Shown in pieces: positions 39,508-49,932 of a stretch of DNA of 64,000 nucleotides; the first letter of the stretch is position 1, and every line of letters begins with the position of its first letter. A program made the position numbers and the translations under genes. This stretch comes from an uncultured Holophagales bacterium. GTDB lineage: Bacteria > Acidobacteriota > Thermoanaerobaculia > Multivoradales > UBA5704. Location: the NCBI GenBank assembly GCA_963842525.1, contig CAWJGT010000009.1:416001-480000 (forward strand), in the 5' to 3' direction. Below the pieces are notes generated by a model. The model was not told the origin of the DNA. It did no database searches and was given only the letters and a program-made list of their open reading frames with translations.

Positions 39508-42500
39508 ATGCCAGAGCCGTCCGTTCCGTCCCCATCCCCTCGACCGCCCCGCAGCCGGCGCATCCGGCAGATCGTCCTGGCGTTGGGCGCGCTGCTGGCC
39601 TTGCTGCTGCTGGTCGTCCTGGCCGGGATCATGAGCCTCCGGTCCGTGAAGGTGCGGCGGGCGATCCTCGCCCGGGTCGCGGACTATGCGGCGCGGGAGC
39701 TCGGGCTGCCGCTGGCGGCGGAGGATTTCCGTCTCCTCGGCTGGAGCGGCATCGAGGTGCGGGGGCTCCGGCTGGGGGTTCCCGGCGCGTCCCCCCTGCT
39801 CACGGCCGAGCGCGCCGTGGCCCGCGTGGATCTCCTCTCGCTGCGCGAGGACACGGCCGTGATCCGTTCGTTGGAGGTGTTTGCACCGCGGGTGGACCTG
39901 GCGGCGCCGGTGCCGCAGATCCCCGAATCCGAAGGCCCGCCTGGGTTCGAGGTGCGCAGGATCGTCCTCCATCAGGGCACGGTGATCGGCGCTCCGCTGA
40001 AAGGCGCCGCGGCGGAGTGGGTGCAAAGCTGGGGGATCGCCGGGATCGAGGCCCGTGGATCGTTCCGCAACGGCCCGTGGGACCTGGGCGTCGAAAAGGC
40101 GGACGCGCGGATCGACCGGCCCGGGCTCGAGCCCCTGGCGCTACGGATCTCTGGCCGGGTCGAGAGCCGGCCTGGCGAGCCGCTCCGGATCGACGGATTG
40201 CAGGCCACCGGCGACGGGCTGCACCTCACGGGCTCGGGGCGAGTGGGACTGGAGGAGGGTGGACCGCTCGCAGCGGCTTTCGAGGTCGAGGCCGATCCGA
40301 AGCTCCTGGGGGCGGGGATTCCGCCCGGAGGAGTCGTCCGGGCGCGCGGCGATCTGCGGCTGCCGGAGGCCTCCGGACGGGTGGCGCTGGATCTGCGGGC
40401 TGTGCCGGCCGAGGCCCTGCGGCCCTATCTGGAGGAAGGCCTTTTCGCCGACCTCTCCCTGGCGGGCACGGTTGCCGACGGTCGCGCCGATCTCGTGCTC
40501 GGCCCTGGAGATCTGGCGCGGGTCGGGGGTGAGGCGGAGGCGGCCTGGAGGCGAGGGGACCGCCGATTCGCACAGGCCGAGGTGCGGATCGTCCCTGGAG
40601 AAGGAGATGGAGCGCTCCGCCTGGCCTTCGCGGCCGATGTCCTCCCAGACTCGCCGGGACGCCGGCACGCCGAAGGGGTGATCGCCGGCGCCGGTTGGGC
40701 CGAGCTGGCGGACGGGGTGGCCGACGGCATCGAGGCGCAGGTCCGCCTGCCCGACATGGCCGCCGCCCTGGCCGAAGCCCGCAAGCTCTGGCCACGGCTC
40801 GTCCCGGCGCTGCCCGAGGGTGTCCCCATCCAAGGCTCTCTTGCCGCCACCTTTCGGCTCGATGGAGCGTTGGCCGATCCGGATGCGTCCGCGGACGCGA
40901 CCTGGAATCCCGATGCGGCGTCCCGGGTCCACCTCCGCGCCAAGGGCCGGCTCGCGACGTGGACGGGAAACGCCGAAGTGGAGTTGTCAAACCTGCCTCT
41001 GTCCCTCCTGCCTCCCCCTCTCCCGGAGGGCCGGGAGGGCGGATGGGAGAGGGGGCCGGGGGGTGAGGGGCTTCTCTCCGGCCGCCTCGCCTTGTCCGGC
41101 TCGCCTCGCGGCTACCGGACGCAGGCGGATCTCGAGATCGCCGCGTTGGTGTTCCCTCTGCCGGGTCCTCACCCCCGGCCCCTCTCCCATCTCCCACCCG
41201 CCCCTGCCCCGGGAGAGGGGAGAAATCCAAGTCAAAGTCCCCCCTCTCCCGGCGGGGGGTGGACGGGAGATGGGAGAGGGGGTCAGGGAGTGAGGACCCA
41301 GACCGCCCACCTCACGGTCGACGGCATCCTCGCGATCTCCGGGAAGGCAGGCCCCGTCTTCACCGGCTCCACGACCCTCGAAGCCACCGCTCTCGATGTC
41401 CCGGACTACGTCCGCCTGGAGACCGCCCGTCTCGCCACCGATGGCACCTTCCAGCTTGCGCCGCCTTCGTTCCGTGGCACCGCCAAGCTCGCCGGCACCG
41501 GCCTCGATGCACCTGGCAAGGCCCAGGTCCCCGGCTTCGAAGCCACAATCGAGGGGAATCTCGCCGCCGATCTCCCGGCGATCCAGGCCCGCATCGGCCT
41601 CGACGCGCCTAAGGTCCTTCTCGTGGAGCCGGCGATCGAGATCTCTGATCTCCATCTTCAGGCCGAAGCTGATGCTCGCGAGGCGCGGATTTCCGCTCTG
41701 TCCGGCTCGCTTCCGGAGGACCGCACCTTTGCCGCGTCGGGCCGCCTGACCCTCGATCCCTTGCTCGACGAGGCGGACCTCGATCTGCGGCTGGTCCGGC
41801 CGGTGGACGCGGTCCATGCGGCCGAGCTGTCGGCCTCGCTGCGGAGCGGCGTCGTCGGGATCTCCGCCCCGCGCATCGAGACCGACGCCGGCCCGGCGAA
41901 CCTGCGGGCCACAATTCCCTTGGGCGCCCTGGAGCAGATCCCAGCGCTGGCCGAGGGGCTCCGTGGCCTGCCGATCGAGCGGCCGGCGGGACCGGTCGTG
42001 GTCCGGCTGGAGGCCCCGGAGCTGGACTCACAGCCGCTGTTGGCGGCCCTCGGCCTCGATCCGCGGCCCGAGCGCGTGCGGGCCGGCCTGCTCGCCGACC
42101 TCACCTTCGATCCTGCGACTCCGGCCGCCGGCCGCGGCGAGATCCGCCTGGACGACCTGAGGGTCGAGAGCCCCGACGGCCGGGTCGTGGCCGAAGGGCC
42201 GGTGGTGGCACGGCTGGGTGAGGGGGCCCTCGAGGTCCTGCCGGTCCATCTGCGGATCGACGGCGCGGGGATCGAGGGCGCCGGTCTGGACCTCCAAGGC
42301 CGGGCGGAGCTCGATCCCCGCTGGCGGCCTTTCGGAGAGGCCGGCGGTCCCGGCGATCCTCCCGGGTCGCTCGTCACCCGGCTCTCGGCCGAGGCGGGGG
42401 GTACGCTCGAAGCCAGCCTGCTCAATCCCTATCTCGAAGGCGGGATCGCAGCAGGGACCCTGACCCTTCAGGCGAAGGCCTCGGGACGGCCGGACGACCT

Positions 42501-45500
42501 GACAGCGGATGTCCGGGCGAGCGGCCAGGGCGCGTCTTTTTTCTGGCCTTCGCCCTACGCCACCCGCATCCAGGACCCGGAGATCGCTCTCGCGTGGCGG
42601 CAGGACCGCTGGACATTGCAGACCGGAAAGGCGGTCTGGAACGGCGGCACTCTCGACCTTGCCGGGAATGGCGGTCCGGACGGGATCAACCTCGATCTCT
42701 CTCTGGCGGATGTGCGCTACCGGGTCGACTACGGTTTGTCCACCCTGCTGAGCGGCCGGCTCGCTTTGCGCGTCCCGCCGGGCGACGACGCGCGGTCGAG
42801 CCTCGCCGGCCGGATCACCGTTGACCGCGGCGTGCTCGACCGCGATGTCGACCTCGACCGCGAGGTGCTCAGCCTGCTCCGGGCGCCCGACGACACGCCG
42901 GGGACCGAGGAGACGTTCCTGTCCCGGCTCGACCTCAATGTCCAGGTGGCCACTGTCGACGGCGTACGCATCCGCAACAACGTGGCCGACCTGCGGGCCT
43001 CGTGGCGGCCCCTGACCATCACCGGCACGGCCGAGGTCCCGGTCCTGCGGGGCAGGATCGACCTCGATCCCGGCGGTACTCTTCTCATCTACAACCAGAC
43101 CGTGCGGATCGACCGTGGCGCTCTCGTCTTCACCGGCGATCCGCTGCTCGATCCGCGGATCGACCTCTCGACCACCAGCACGCTCCAGGACCCCACGATC
43201 GCGCGGCTGCGCGGTGAGGCAAGCCCGCTCGTTCTCCTCGACCGGCCCAAGGAGCGTGAGGATGCGTCCGGCGACTCTCCGGAGTTGGGAAAGGCCCTGG
43301 CTGCCGGGCTGGCCGAATACTACGGTGCCCGCTTCTTCTCCACGGTGGGCGAGTCGCTGGGCCTCCAAAGACTCACGGTGAGCCCGGTCCTCGTGCTCGA
43401 TGCCGATCCCAGCGCCCGGTTGATCGTGAGTACCGATCTCTCGCAGAACGTCTCGTACACCCTCTCGGCAGACCTGCGCAATGCCGGGCGGCAGAGCCAC
43501 CTGCTCGGCCTGCACGGCTTCCGGGAGCTACCGGGGCTGGAGCTTCATGGTTTCCGCGATGACGAGGGGAGGGAGGGGGCGAGCCTCCAGCAGGTCCTGG
43601 AGCTGGGAGGCAGCGAGCCGCGGCAGGAAGGCTCCCGCCTGCGCCGGCTCAAGGTCTCGGCGCCGCGCGGCCGGCTCTGGAAGCGGTTGCTGCGCCGGTC
43701 CATCCGCCTTCAGAAACGGGACTCCGTGCCGGAGAGCGCTGCCTTCGACATCGAGGTGGACCTCGCCGACGCCCTGCGCCGCCGGGGCTATCCGGACCCG
43801 CAGATCCGGGTCGAGGTCACCCCGGCCCGTTCAGGCTGGGTCGATGTCGCCGTCACCGTCGAGCCGGGACCGCATGCGACCTTCGTCTTCGAGGGGGACC
43901 GGCTCGCAAAGGCTGATCGGACCGCGGTCACGACCCTCTACCGTCCCGACTTCTACGAGCCGATCGCCCTGGAGGAGATGAAGAAAGAGGCTGTCCGGGC
44001 GTTCCGCCGCCGGGGGCACCTCGATCCGCGAGTCGAGATCGAGACGCGGCACGACCGGCCGGACGAGCGGACCGTGATCCTCCGCGCAGAAGCGGGCCCG
44101 CGGACGGAGGTCGCGGATCTGGAGATCGCCGGACTCGATCCCGGCACGGCTCTCCTGGCAGCCCGCCGCTTTCCACCCGAAACCCTGGCCCGCGCCGAGC
44201 TGGCCGCCGGCCTTCCGGACGCCGACCGCCGCCTGCTCGAAGCCCTGCGGATTCTCGGGTTTCCCGCGGCGCGCATCGCCGGCCGCGAGTTGGAGAAAGA
44301 CCAGAAGAAGCTGACGGTCCGTGTGGAGCCCGGCCCGCGCCAGCTCCTGGGAAACGTGGACATTGCCGGAGTCGAAGCTGTCGAGCGGGAGCGACTCTTC
44401 TCCCTCCTCCCCGTCCGCTCCGGTGGCCCCGCGCGGCTCGACCTCGTCTCCGAAGGGGCACTGCGTCTCGAACGGGATCTCGAAGCGCGAGGCCATCCTG
44501 ACGCCTCCGTCGGGGTCGCCGTCCAGCCTTCAGGAGACAGCCTGGACGTCCATTACAAAGTGGACCCGGGGCCAAAGGTCCAGATTGCCGGGATCGATTT
44601 TGCTGGCGAGCGCTGGAGCCGTCCCTCCCGGCTCGAGCGGGTGGCGGGCCTGCGCACGGGAGCACCGCTGTCCGGCAGCCAGGTCGAAGAGGCGCGGTCA
44701 CGGCTCCTCCAGACCGGTGCCTTTTCCCGTGTCATGGCCGAGATCGACCGTGCCGGGGAGGCTGCCGCTGGAGAGGCCCGGGTCACCTTCTCCCTCGCCG
44801 AGCGGCCGCGCTTCCGGATCGGCTATGGCGCGAGGTGGCAGAGCGACCGAGGGACTGCAGCGGTCCTCGACGTGGTGGACGGCAACTTCCTCGGCCGCGG
44901 CATGACTCTCGGACTGCTGGGCCTGTACGAGCCGGAGGACCGGAGCGGCCGTCTCTATCTGCAGACCGGTGGCCTCCTGGGCACCGACTTCTCGCTCGAG
45001 ACCTATCTCCAGGCCCGCCGTACCCTTCCCGAGGAGGGCTTCGTCGAGGACGGCCGGGAAGTCTCTCTTCAACTCGCGCGCCCCCTCGACCGGAGGACGA
45101 CGGCCCGCGTCTACGCCCGTTACCGTACGACCCATCTCTTCGAGGAGGAGCCCGATCCGTTCTTTCCGCTCGACCTCGAGATCTCGCGCCCCTATGTGGG
45201 GACGCAGCTCCTCCGCGACTTTCGCGACGACCAGATCGACCCCACGCGGGGTTATTTCGCCAGCGCGGACCTCTCCGGGAGCGGCGCCTTCCTCGGCAGC
45301 GATTTCGCCTACGCGCGCCTCTTTACGCAGCTCCAGCACCACCGGAGCTTCGCTCTCGCTGGCCGGCCGATCACGTGGTCGCAGTCGGTCCGGGTGGGCC
45401 TGGCGCGCCCGTTTTCGGGGCAGGAGCTGCTGCGGGACGAGCGCTTTTTTGCGGGCGGCGAGTTCTCGGTGCGCGGCTACGAGACCGAGAGCCTGGGTCC

Positions 45501-45795
45501 CGAGGAGGTCCTGGGCTCCCTCGTCCGTCCCCTGGGAGGCGAGGCGCTCCTGGTGATCAACGAAGAGCTGCGCTTCCGCCTCCCCTGGGACCTGACCGGC
45601 CTCGTCTTCCTCGATGCCGGACAGGTCTGGCAGGAAGCGGGCGACATCGACTGGAGCCTTGCCAAGTCCCTGGGCCTCGGCCTGCGGGCCGGCACGCCGA
45701 TCGGCCTGCTGCGCCTCGACGTCGGCTTCCCCCTCGACCGCCGGGAGGGGGACGAGGGCTACAGCCTCTACTTCGGCTTCGGCAACGCGTTCTGA
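39508..45795 (+). CDS. Very large TamB-like + POTRA + Omp85 barrel fusion protein (about 2095 aa)
   Basis: N-terminal TM anchor, long beta-rich region with a DUF490-like segment (IDRGALVFTGD...DPRIDL), POTRA-like repeats, RFFAGGEFSVRGY, C-terminal YFGFGNAF. Confidence 0.8.
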   Translation: MPEPSVPSPSPRPPRSRRIRQIVLALGALLALLLLVVLAGIMSLRSVKVRRAILARVADYAARELGLPLAAEDFRLLGWSGIEVRGLRLGVPGASPLLTAERAVARVDLLSLREDTAVIRSLEVFAPRVDLAAPVPQIPESEGPPGFEVRRIVLHQGTVIGAPLKGAAAEWVQSWGIAGIEARGSFRNGPWDLGVEKADARIDRPGLEPLALRISGRVESRPGEPLRIDGLQATGDGLHLTGSGRVGLEEGGPLAAAFEVEADPKLLGAGIPPGGVVRARGDLRLPEASGRVALDLRAVPAEALRPYLEEGLFADLSLAGTVADGRADLVLGPGDLARVGGEAEAAWRRGDRRFAQAEVRIVPGEGDGALRLAFAADVLPDSPGRRHAEGVIAGAGWAELADGVADGIEAQVRLPDMAAALAEARKLWPRLVPALPEGVPIQGSLAATFRLDGALADPDASADATWNPDAASRVHLRAKGRLATWTGNAEVELSNLPLSLLPPPLPEGREGGWERGPGGEGLLSGRLALSGSPRGYRTQADLEIAALVFPLPGPHPRPLSHLPPAPAPGEGRNPSQSPPSPGGGWTGDGRGGQGVRTQTAHLTVDGILAISGKAGPVFTGSTTLEATALDVPDYVRLETARLATDGTFQLAPPSFRGTAKLAGTGLDAPGKAQVPGFEATIEGNLAADLPAIQARIGLDAPKVLLVEPAIEISDLHLQAEADAREARISALSGSLPEDRTFAASGRLTLDPLLDEADLDLRLVRPVDAVHAAELSASLRSGVVGISAPRIETDAGPANLRATIPLGALEQIPALAEGLRGLPIERPAGPVVVRLEAPELDSQPLLAALGLDPRPERVRAGLLADLTFDPATPAAGRGEIRLDDLRVESPDGRVVAEGPVVARLGEGALEVLPVHLRIDGAGIEGAGLDLQGRAELDPRWRPFGEAGGPGDPPGSLVTRLSAEAGGTLEASLLNPYLEGGIAAGTLTLQAKASGRPDDLTADVRASGQGASFFWPSPYATRIQDPEIALAWRQDRWTLQTGKAVWNGGTLDLAGNGGPDGINLDLSLADVRYRVDYGLSTLLSGRLALRVPPGDDARSSLAGRITVDRGVLDRDVDLDREVLSLLRAPDDTPGTEETFLSRLDLNVQVATVDGVRIRNNVADLRASWRPLTITGTAEVPVLRGRIDLDPGGTLLIYNQTVRIDRGALVFTGDPLLDPRIDLSTTSTLQDPTIARLRGEASPLVLLDRPKEREDASGDSPELGKALAAGLAEYYGARFFSTVGESLGLQRLTVSPVLVLDADPSARLIVSTDLSQNVSYTLSADLRNAGRQSHLLGLHGFRELPGLELHGFRDDEGREGASLQQVLELGGSEPRQEGSRLRRLKVSAPRGRLWKRLLRRSIRLQKRDSVPESAAFDIEVDLADALRRRGYPDPQIRVEVTPARSGWVDVAVTVEPGPHATFVFEGDRLAKADRTAVTTLYRPDFYEPIALEEMKKEAVRAFRRRGHLDPRVEIETRHDRPDERTVILRAEAGPRTEVADLEIAGLDPGTALLAARRFPPETLARAELAAGLPDADRRLLEALRILGFPAARIAGRELEKDQKKLTVRVEPGPRQLLGNVDIAGVEAVERERLFSLLPVRSGGPARLDLVSEGALRLERDLEARGHPDASVGVAVQPSGDSLDVHYKVDPGPKVQIAGIDFAGERWSRPSRLERVAGLRTGAPLSGSQVEEARSRLLQTGAFSRVMAEIDRAGEAAAGEARVTFSLAERPRFRIGYGARWQSDRGTAAVLDVVDGNFLGRGMTLGLLGLYEPEDRSGRLYLQTGGLLGTDFSLETYLQARRTLPEEGFVEDGREVSLQLARPLDRRTTARVYARYRTTHLFEEEPDPFFPLDLEISRPYVGTQLLRDFRDDQIDPTRGYFASADLSGSGAFLGSDFAYARLFTQLQHHRSFALAGRPITWSQSVRVGLARPFSGQELLRDERFFAGGEFSVRGYETESLGPEEVLGSLVRPLGGEALLVINEELRFRLPWDLTGLVFLDAGQVWQEAGDIDWSLAKSLGLGLRAGTPIGLLRLDVGFPLDRREGDEGYSLYFGFGNAF
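41011..41298. repeat. Three palindromic REP-like units inserted in frame in the TamB-Omp85 gene
   Basis: CCTCACCCCCGGCCCCTCTCCC...GGGAGAGGG units at about 41011-41070, 41164-41221 and 41238-41298 in alternating orientation. Confidence 0.7.
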
Positions 45796-45802
45796 GAAGC
45801 CG

Positions 45803-46642
45803 CTACCGCTTCGCGGCGCGCAGGATCGCCTTGGCCCGTTCGGCCTCCGGAGCGTTGGGCGCCAGGGCGACGAAACGCTCCATGTCGTTGATCAGGAGGT
45901 CCTTGCGGCCGAGCTTCTCGGCGGCGAGGCCGCGGTAGTAGTAGGCGTAGGCCAGCCCCGAGTCCATCTCGACGGCCTTGTTGAGCTGGTCCATGGCCGG
46001 TTGCCACTGCTCCTGGAAGGCGCGGGTGACGCCGATCTGGTAGGGGATGAGCGCGTTGCCCGGATCGGCGCCGCGGGCGTTCTCGAGCGCGGCCACCGCC
46101 TCGTCATACTGGCGCAGCCGCTGCCGGGCGACGCCGAGATAGTAGGAGCCGTTCCGGCCGCCCTGGGCCTGCGCCACCTCGGCGGCCCTGCGGAATGCGG
46201 CGTCTGCCTCGCCCGACTTGCGGTCGTGCAGGAGGGCCTCGCCAAGGTAGACGTGCGCGGCGGGGTCCGACGGCGCGATCTCCGTCGCCTTGCGGAGCCG
46301 GGAGACCGCCTCGCCGTACTTCTTTTCCTGATCCAGGATGCGTCCCAGGGCCGCGGCGACCCCGGCGTTGCTCTCGGCCCTGCCGGCGACCGGATCGAGG
46401 GCGGCCCGGGCCTCTCCGGTCTTGAACTCCCAGAGCTTGCGGTCGACCGCCGCCACCTCCGGAGGAGCCGGCTCGTTGGAGGGCGGCGCCGGAGGCGCCT
46501 CTTCCCCCTGGGCAGGTGGGCTCTGCGGCTTTGGCGGCTTCTTTTTTTTCTTCTGGGCCGCCTCGCCGGCGGGAACGAGCAGGAGCAGGCCCAGGAGGCC
46601 GAGGATGGTCCATGTGGCGAGCCGGGGGAGGGTGCGAGACAT
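45803..46642 (-). CDS. Secreted TPR protein
   Basis: Signal peptide and canonical TPR repeats (AHVYLGEAL, YYLGVA, AYYYRGLA). Confidence 0.85.
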   Translation of the reverse strand: MSRTLPRLATWTILGLLGLLLLVPAGEAAQKKKKKPPKPQSPPAQGEEAPPAPPSNEPAPPEVAAVDRKLWEFKTGEARAALDPVAGRAESNAGVAAALGRILDQEKKYGEAVSRLRKATEIAPSDPAAHVYLGEALLHDRKSGEADAAFRRAAEVAQAQGGRNGSYYLGVARQRLRQYDEAVAALENARGADPGNALIPYQIGVTRAFQEQWQPAMDQLNKAVEMDSGLAYAYYYRGLAAEKLGRKDLLINDMERFVALAPNAPEAERAKAILRAAKR

Positions 46643-46733
46643 GCGTTCTCCTTCTTGCTGATGAGAGCTGCCGGCACAGTTGGAGTCCGCCTGCTCCCAG
46701 CAGCTCTCTGCAATTCTAGCCTGCGCTACCGTC

Positions 46734-46964
46734 TCATGCGGAGGTCTGAATGTCCCAGACGACCTCGTTCCTCATGGCTTTCACCGCGTACTGGAGTGCG
46801 GCTGTCAACCCGTCTGCGGTGATCTGAGGGTAGGCTTGTAGGACTTCCTCACTGGTCGCACCGCTGGCGAGCAGCTCCAGCATGAATTCGACGCTGATCC
46901 GCGTGCCTTTGATGCAAGGCTTGCCTCCCAGGATTTCCAGGTCTACCACGATCCAGTCGCCCAT
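46734..46964 (-). CDS. DUF433 antitoxin-like protein
   Basis: EILGGKPCIKGTRISVE..LE.L..G....E.L..YP. Confidence 0.9.
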   Translation of the reverse strand: MGDWIVVDLEILGGKPCIKGTRISVEFMLELLASGATSEEVLQAYPQITADGLTAALQYAVKAMRNEVVWDIQTSA

Positions 46965-47106
46965 TGTTTCCTCCGCAGGCGCTCAGGAAAGCACCCTTCA
47001 GGGGTCCTATCCGCAGGAGAGGGAATCGCCCTCTCCCGTCCTCAACAGCGGCCCGATGGAGTGCTAGCCACACCCCACCGGACCTAGCCGAGCACGGAGA
47101 CTAGCC

Positions 47107-47319
47107 ATGCCCGACCGTGACCAGTGTATCCCGCCCCCAGACCACAACCCCGAAGAGACCTGGATTCCCCAGAAGACCCGCGACGAGATCGTCGCGCAAC
47201 GGCTCATCCGATGTGCAGCCGGCAAGCTGCGCCAGATCGCCAACCCTCTTTCACACTCCGAGTCAGACGCCCATGTTTACCCTGCCGCGGCAGAGCTTGT
47301 GCCGGGAGGCGGCCGGTGA
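47107..47319 (+). CDS. Hypothetical protein (70 aa)
   Basis: GGAG RBS and ATG start only. Confidence 0.35.
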   Translation: MPDRDQCIPPPDHNPEETWIPQKTRDEIVAQRLIRCAAGKLRQIANPLSHSESDAHVYPAAAELVPGGGR

Positions 47320-47436
47320 GCTGGCCGTCCTGGACCTTGCCTGGGAGTCTGCCGATCCGCAGGCCGTCAACGGTCCCGACTTCGGGCCGGCTGCTGAGGT
47401 CCACCGCAAGTGGAACCGAATTGCCGAGGAGCTGCG

Positions 47437-47829
47437 GTGAAGACGGCCTCTTTCACCGTCCACGCGACGGCAGAGCAGTCGATCCGCTGGAAGCGGGCGG
47501 CGGAGGCAGAGGGGCACCGTGCGGCCGGCACGTGGCTCGCTGCGGCAGCGGACGCCTATCTCAAGGTCCGCGCCAGGGCGGGCCTGCCGATCCCTTTGGC
47601 GTGGCGCCGTGGCCGCTTTTCCGTGCGCCTGGAAAGCGGCGAGACGGTCCCCGTCAAGGGGCACCTATCGCCGCCGTTCGGGTCATTCGCCGGAACCGAG
47701 GAAGGGCCGGCTACTTACTTTGGGCGACATCGGCACGTGCTCGTCTTCTTACCGGATTCCCGGATCATCGCCACTCTGCGGCGCTTCGCACAGTGCAAGG
47801 CGTTGGCCTCCGAATCGCTCCCGTGTTGA
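47437..47829 (+). CDS. Hypothetical protein with possible RHH-like N-terminus
   Basis: GAGGAG RBS, GTG start, SFTVHAT.EQ..RWKRAAE.EG...TWL..AAD. Confidence 0.5.
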   Translation: MKTASFTVHATAEQSIRWKRAAEAEGHRAAGTWLAAAADAYLKVRARAGLPIPLAWRRGRFSVRLESGETVPVKGHLSPPFGSFAGTEEGPATYFGRHRHVLVFLPDSRIIATLRRFAQCKALASESLPC

Positions 47830-48240
47830 TCCGTGGCGATCCCCTCCCGCATCCCGGAGGAATCATCGAACGGCATCGCCAGGAGGCGGTGTAGCAGGAT
47901 AGGGGGCGGCGCCAGCACGGGCCGCCTTCTCCAGTAAGAAGCGGGCGAAGAGAGTAGAATTGTCGCATGAGCGCCCCTTCGGACGAGCTTGAGACCTTGA
48001 GCGATGCTGAGCTGTTGCGGCGCAACACGCAACAGCTCTCTCCGCTTCAGCATTCAATACTCAATGCAGAGATTCAGCGCCGGCAGATGGCGCGCACCGC
48101 CCGGACCGTTAAGCTGGCAGCCATTGCCGCCGGTGCCGCGGCGACGTCTGCAGCGGGCAGCCCGGTGGAGTAAGTCTTGACGTCTTCCATCGCCCGTGAT
48201 ACCGTATTTGGTGGCACTTCCTTAGCCGGGGTGTCTCCGC

Positions 48241-48573
48241 ATGGCTAAGGACGACTCGCGACTCGCGCGGGAGCTGAAGCGTAAGGCACGGCTCCTGAGG
48301 GAGTTGAAGCAGAAAAAACTCTCAAGCCGGCCCGAAGATGTCGAGGCCGCACTAACGGCGTGGGGTTTTGAACCGGGGAAGAGAAAAGGGCAGACCCAAG
48401 TCTGGGGGTACAAGAACACGGGAATTATGATAACCATACACCCCCCTCACGGGAAAAGCGGCGGCAATACTGTTGATCCCGGTGCAGTCTCGAAGGTAAT
48501 CCAGAAAATCGAAGAGGTCCAGGTGCTCCAACAGAAGGAAGCCGACATGAAGGGGGACAAGGATGTCAACTAA
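48241..48573 (+). CDS. HicA-like toxin
   Basis: L..WGF....KG......K..G..ITIH.PH motif, directly upstream of a HicB gene. Confidence 0.6.
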   Translation: MAKDDSRLARELKRKARLLRELKQKKLSSRPEDVEAALTAWGFEPGKRKGQTQVWGYKNTGIMITIHPPHGKSGGNTVDPGAVSKVIQKIEEVQVLQQKEADMKGDKDVN

Positions 48574-49084
48574 GGATCTTTCTTACTACCTTGACCTCAA
48601 ATACCCTATCGAGTTTATTGAACGGGCGAATGGGCGATACTTTGCGACCTTCCCCGACCTTGACGGCTGCATGGCGGAAGGAGGCAGCCTCGAAGAGTTG
48701 TTGGCTAATCTTGCGGATGCAAAAGAGCTTTGGATTGAGGCCCGACTTGAAGGCGGCCATGGTGTTCCAGAGCCTGTACGTGAAGACTTCAGCGGCAAAC
48801 TTTCCCTCAGGATGGCGCCATCTCTGCACGCTCAACTCTCGCGCCTCGCCGACCGGAGCAAAGTTAGCCTGAACCTTCTAATTAATTCGGTCCTTGCCTC
48901 GTATGCCGGCGGGGCTGATCCCCTTTTGTCGATTCTCAGTGACGTGAAGAACGCAATTAGAGTCCTTAGCGCCAGCGGCGGGGCTTCCGCAACAACAGCG
49001 CCACGGCCGGCGGGCGCTCCGATGCTTACAGACTCAACCGCGAGAGTTCTTCCCTTTAGTCAGAAAGGAAGCCTCGGTGGATGA
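48563..49084 (+). CDS. hicB: HicB-family antitoxin
   Basis: YFATFPDLDGCMAEG.S.EE...N..DA...W, then FSGKLSLRMAPSLH..L...A....VSLN. Confidence 0.9.
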   Translation: MSTKDLSYYLDLKYPIEFIERANGRYFATFPDLDGCMAEGGSLEELLANLADAKELWIEARLEGGHGVPEPVREDFSGKLSLRMAPSLHAQLSRLADRSKVSLNLLINSVLASYAGGADPLLSILSDVKNAIRVLSASGGASATTAPRPAGAPMLTDSTARVLPFSQKGSLGG

Positions 49085-49811
49085 CATAAGAAGTCTTTCC
49101 GTTAGGCAGGTCCGCATCTATGCTCCCGGATTCATTCCGCTGGTTGCCCTGCGCTCCGCCCCGGGAGCTGAAATAGTTCGCAAGCGGTTCGGATTTCGAG
49201 AAGTGGGATTGAATTCTAGCACGGGAGAAATCACGTTTCTTTCTGGTCTCGCCATGCCCGAGGACGGAGTGTTAAGGGAGATCAATTTTCTTGAAATCGG
49301 TCCGCAAAAGACAGTCTGGGAGGTTCTAGGTGAAAGCGCTTCCGCAGACATCCTGAACGGAATACTTGTCTCATTGATCGCCGAGCTTAAGCCAGAGACT
49401 GAATTTGCGGAGCCGCTTTTGTTCACGCAGGAAACGCACTGCACTGTCCGCTTGGCGTTCTCGTGGAAAGATCTCCTTTCGGAGAGACTGTCCGATGCGA
49501 TGGAGGAATTGGTCCGCCACCGCTTGGATCTCCCAGTAGCAAGCACAAGGATTGCATCGATGAATCTGAGATTTGGCATTCAGTACGATGTGAGCGATTT
49601 GCGTATCAAGGAATGGGGAATCAGCGTGCTTGACAAGGTTCTGACTCTTGAGCCTCTAAGCGGCACTCCTTTATCGGAGAGACTGTACTCGACCTCTTCG
49701 CCTCTCGACTCAGACTCGCACCTGCGCCTCGTGCGTGACCTGGAGACCGCGATCATCGCAAAGCAAGATCGTGGCGCGACTCGGCGCCGCGCGGCAGCTC
49801 CGTCAGCCTGA
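49077..49811 (+). CDS. Hypothetical protein, lower GC, coupled to hicB
   Basis: 244-aa ORF overlapping the hicB stop. Confidence 0.65.
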   Translation: MDDIRSLSVRQVRIYAPGFIPLVALRSAPGAEIVRKRFGFREVGLNSSTGEITFLSGLAMPEDGVLREINFLEIGPQKTVWEVLGESASADILNGILVSLIAELKPETEFAEPLLFTQETHCTVRLAFSWKDLLSERLSDAMEELVRHRLDLPVASTRIASMNLRFGIQYDVSDLRIKEWGISVLDKVLTLEPLSGTPLSERLYSTSSPLDSDSHLRLVRDLETAIIAKQDRGATRRRAAAPSA

Positions 49812-49932
49812 GCGGCTGGCGTGGCCTTGTGCCCTACGGGCCGCCCCTCCTGAGTGGGGGGCGGAACACGAGTCGCGCATTCTTCCTGGAAAGGGCTTGA
49901 CATTGCCAGTACGCTCTGGCACAAGAGTCAGT

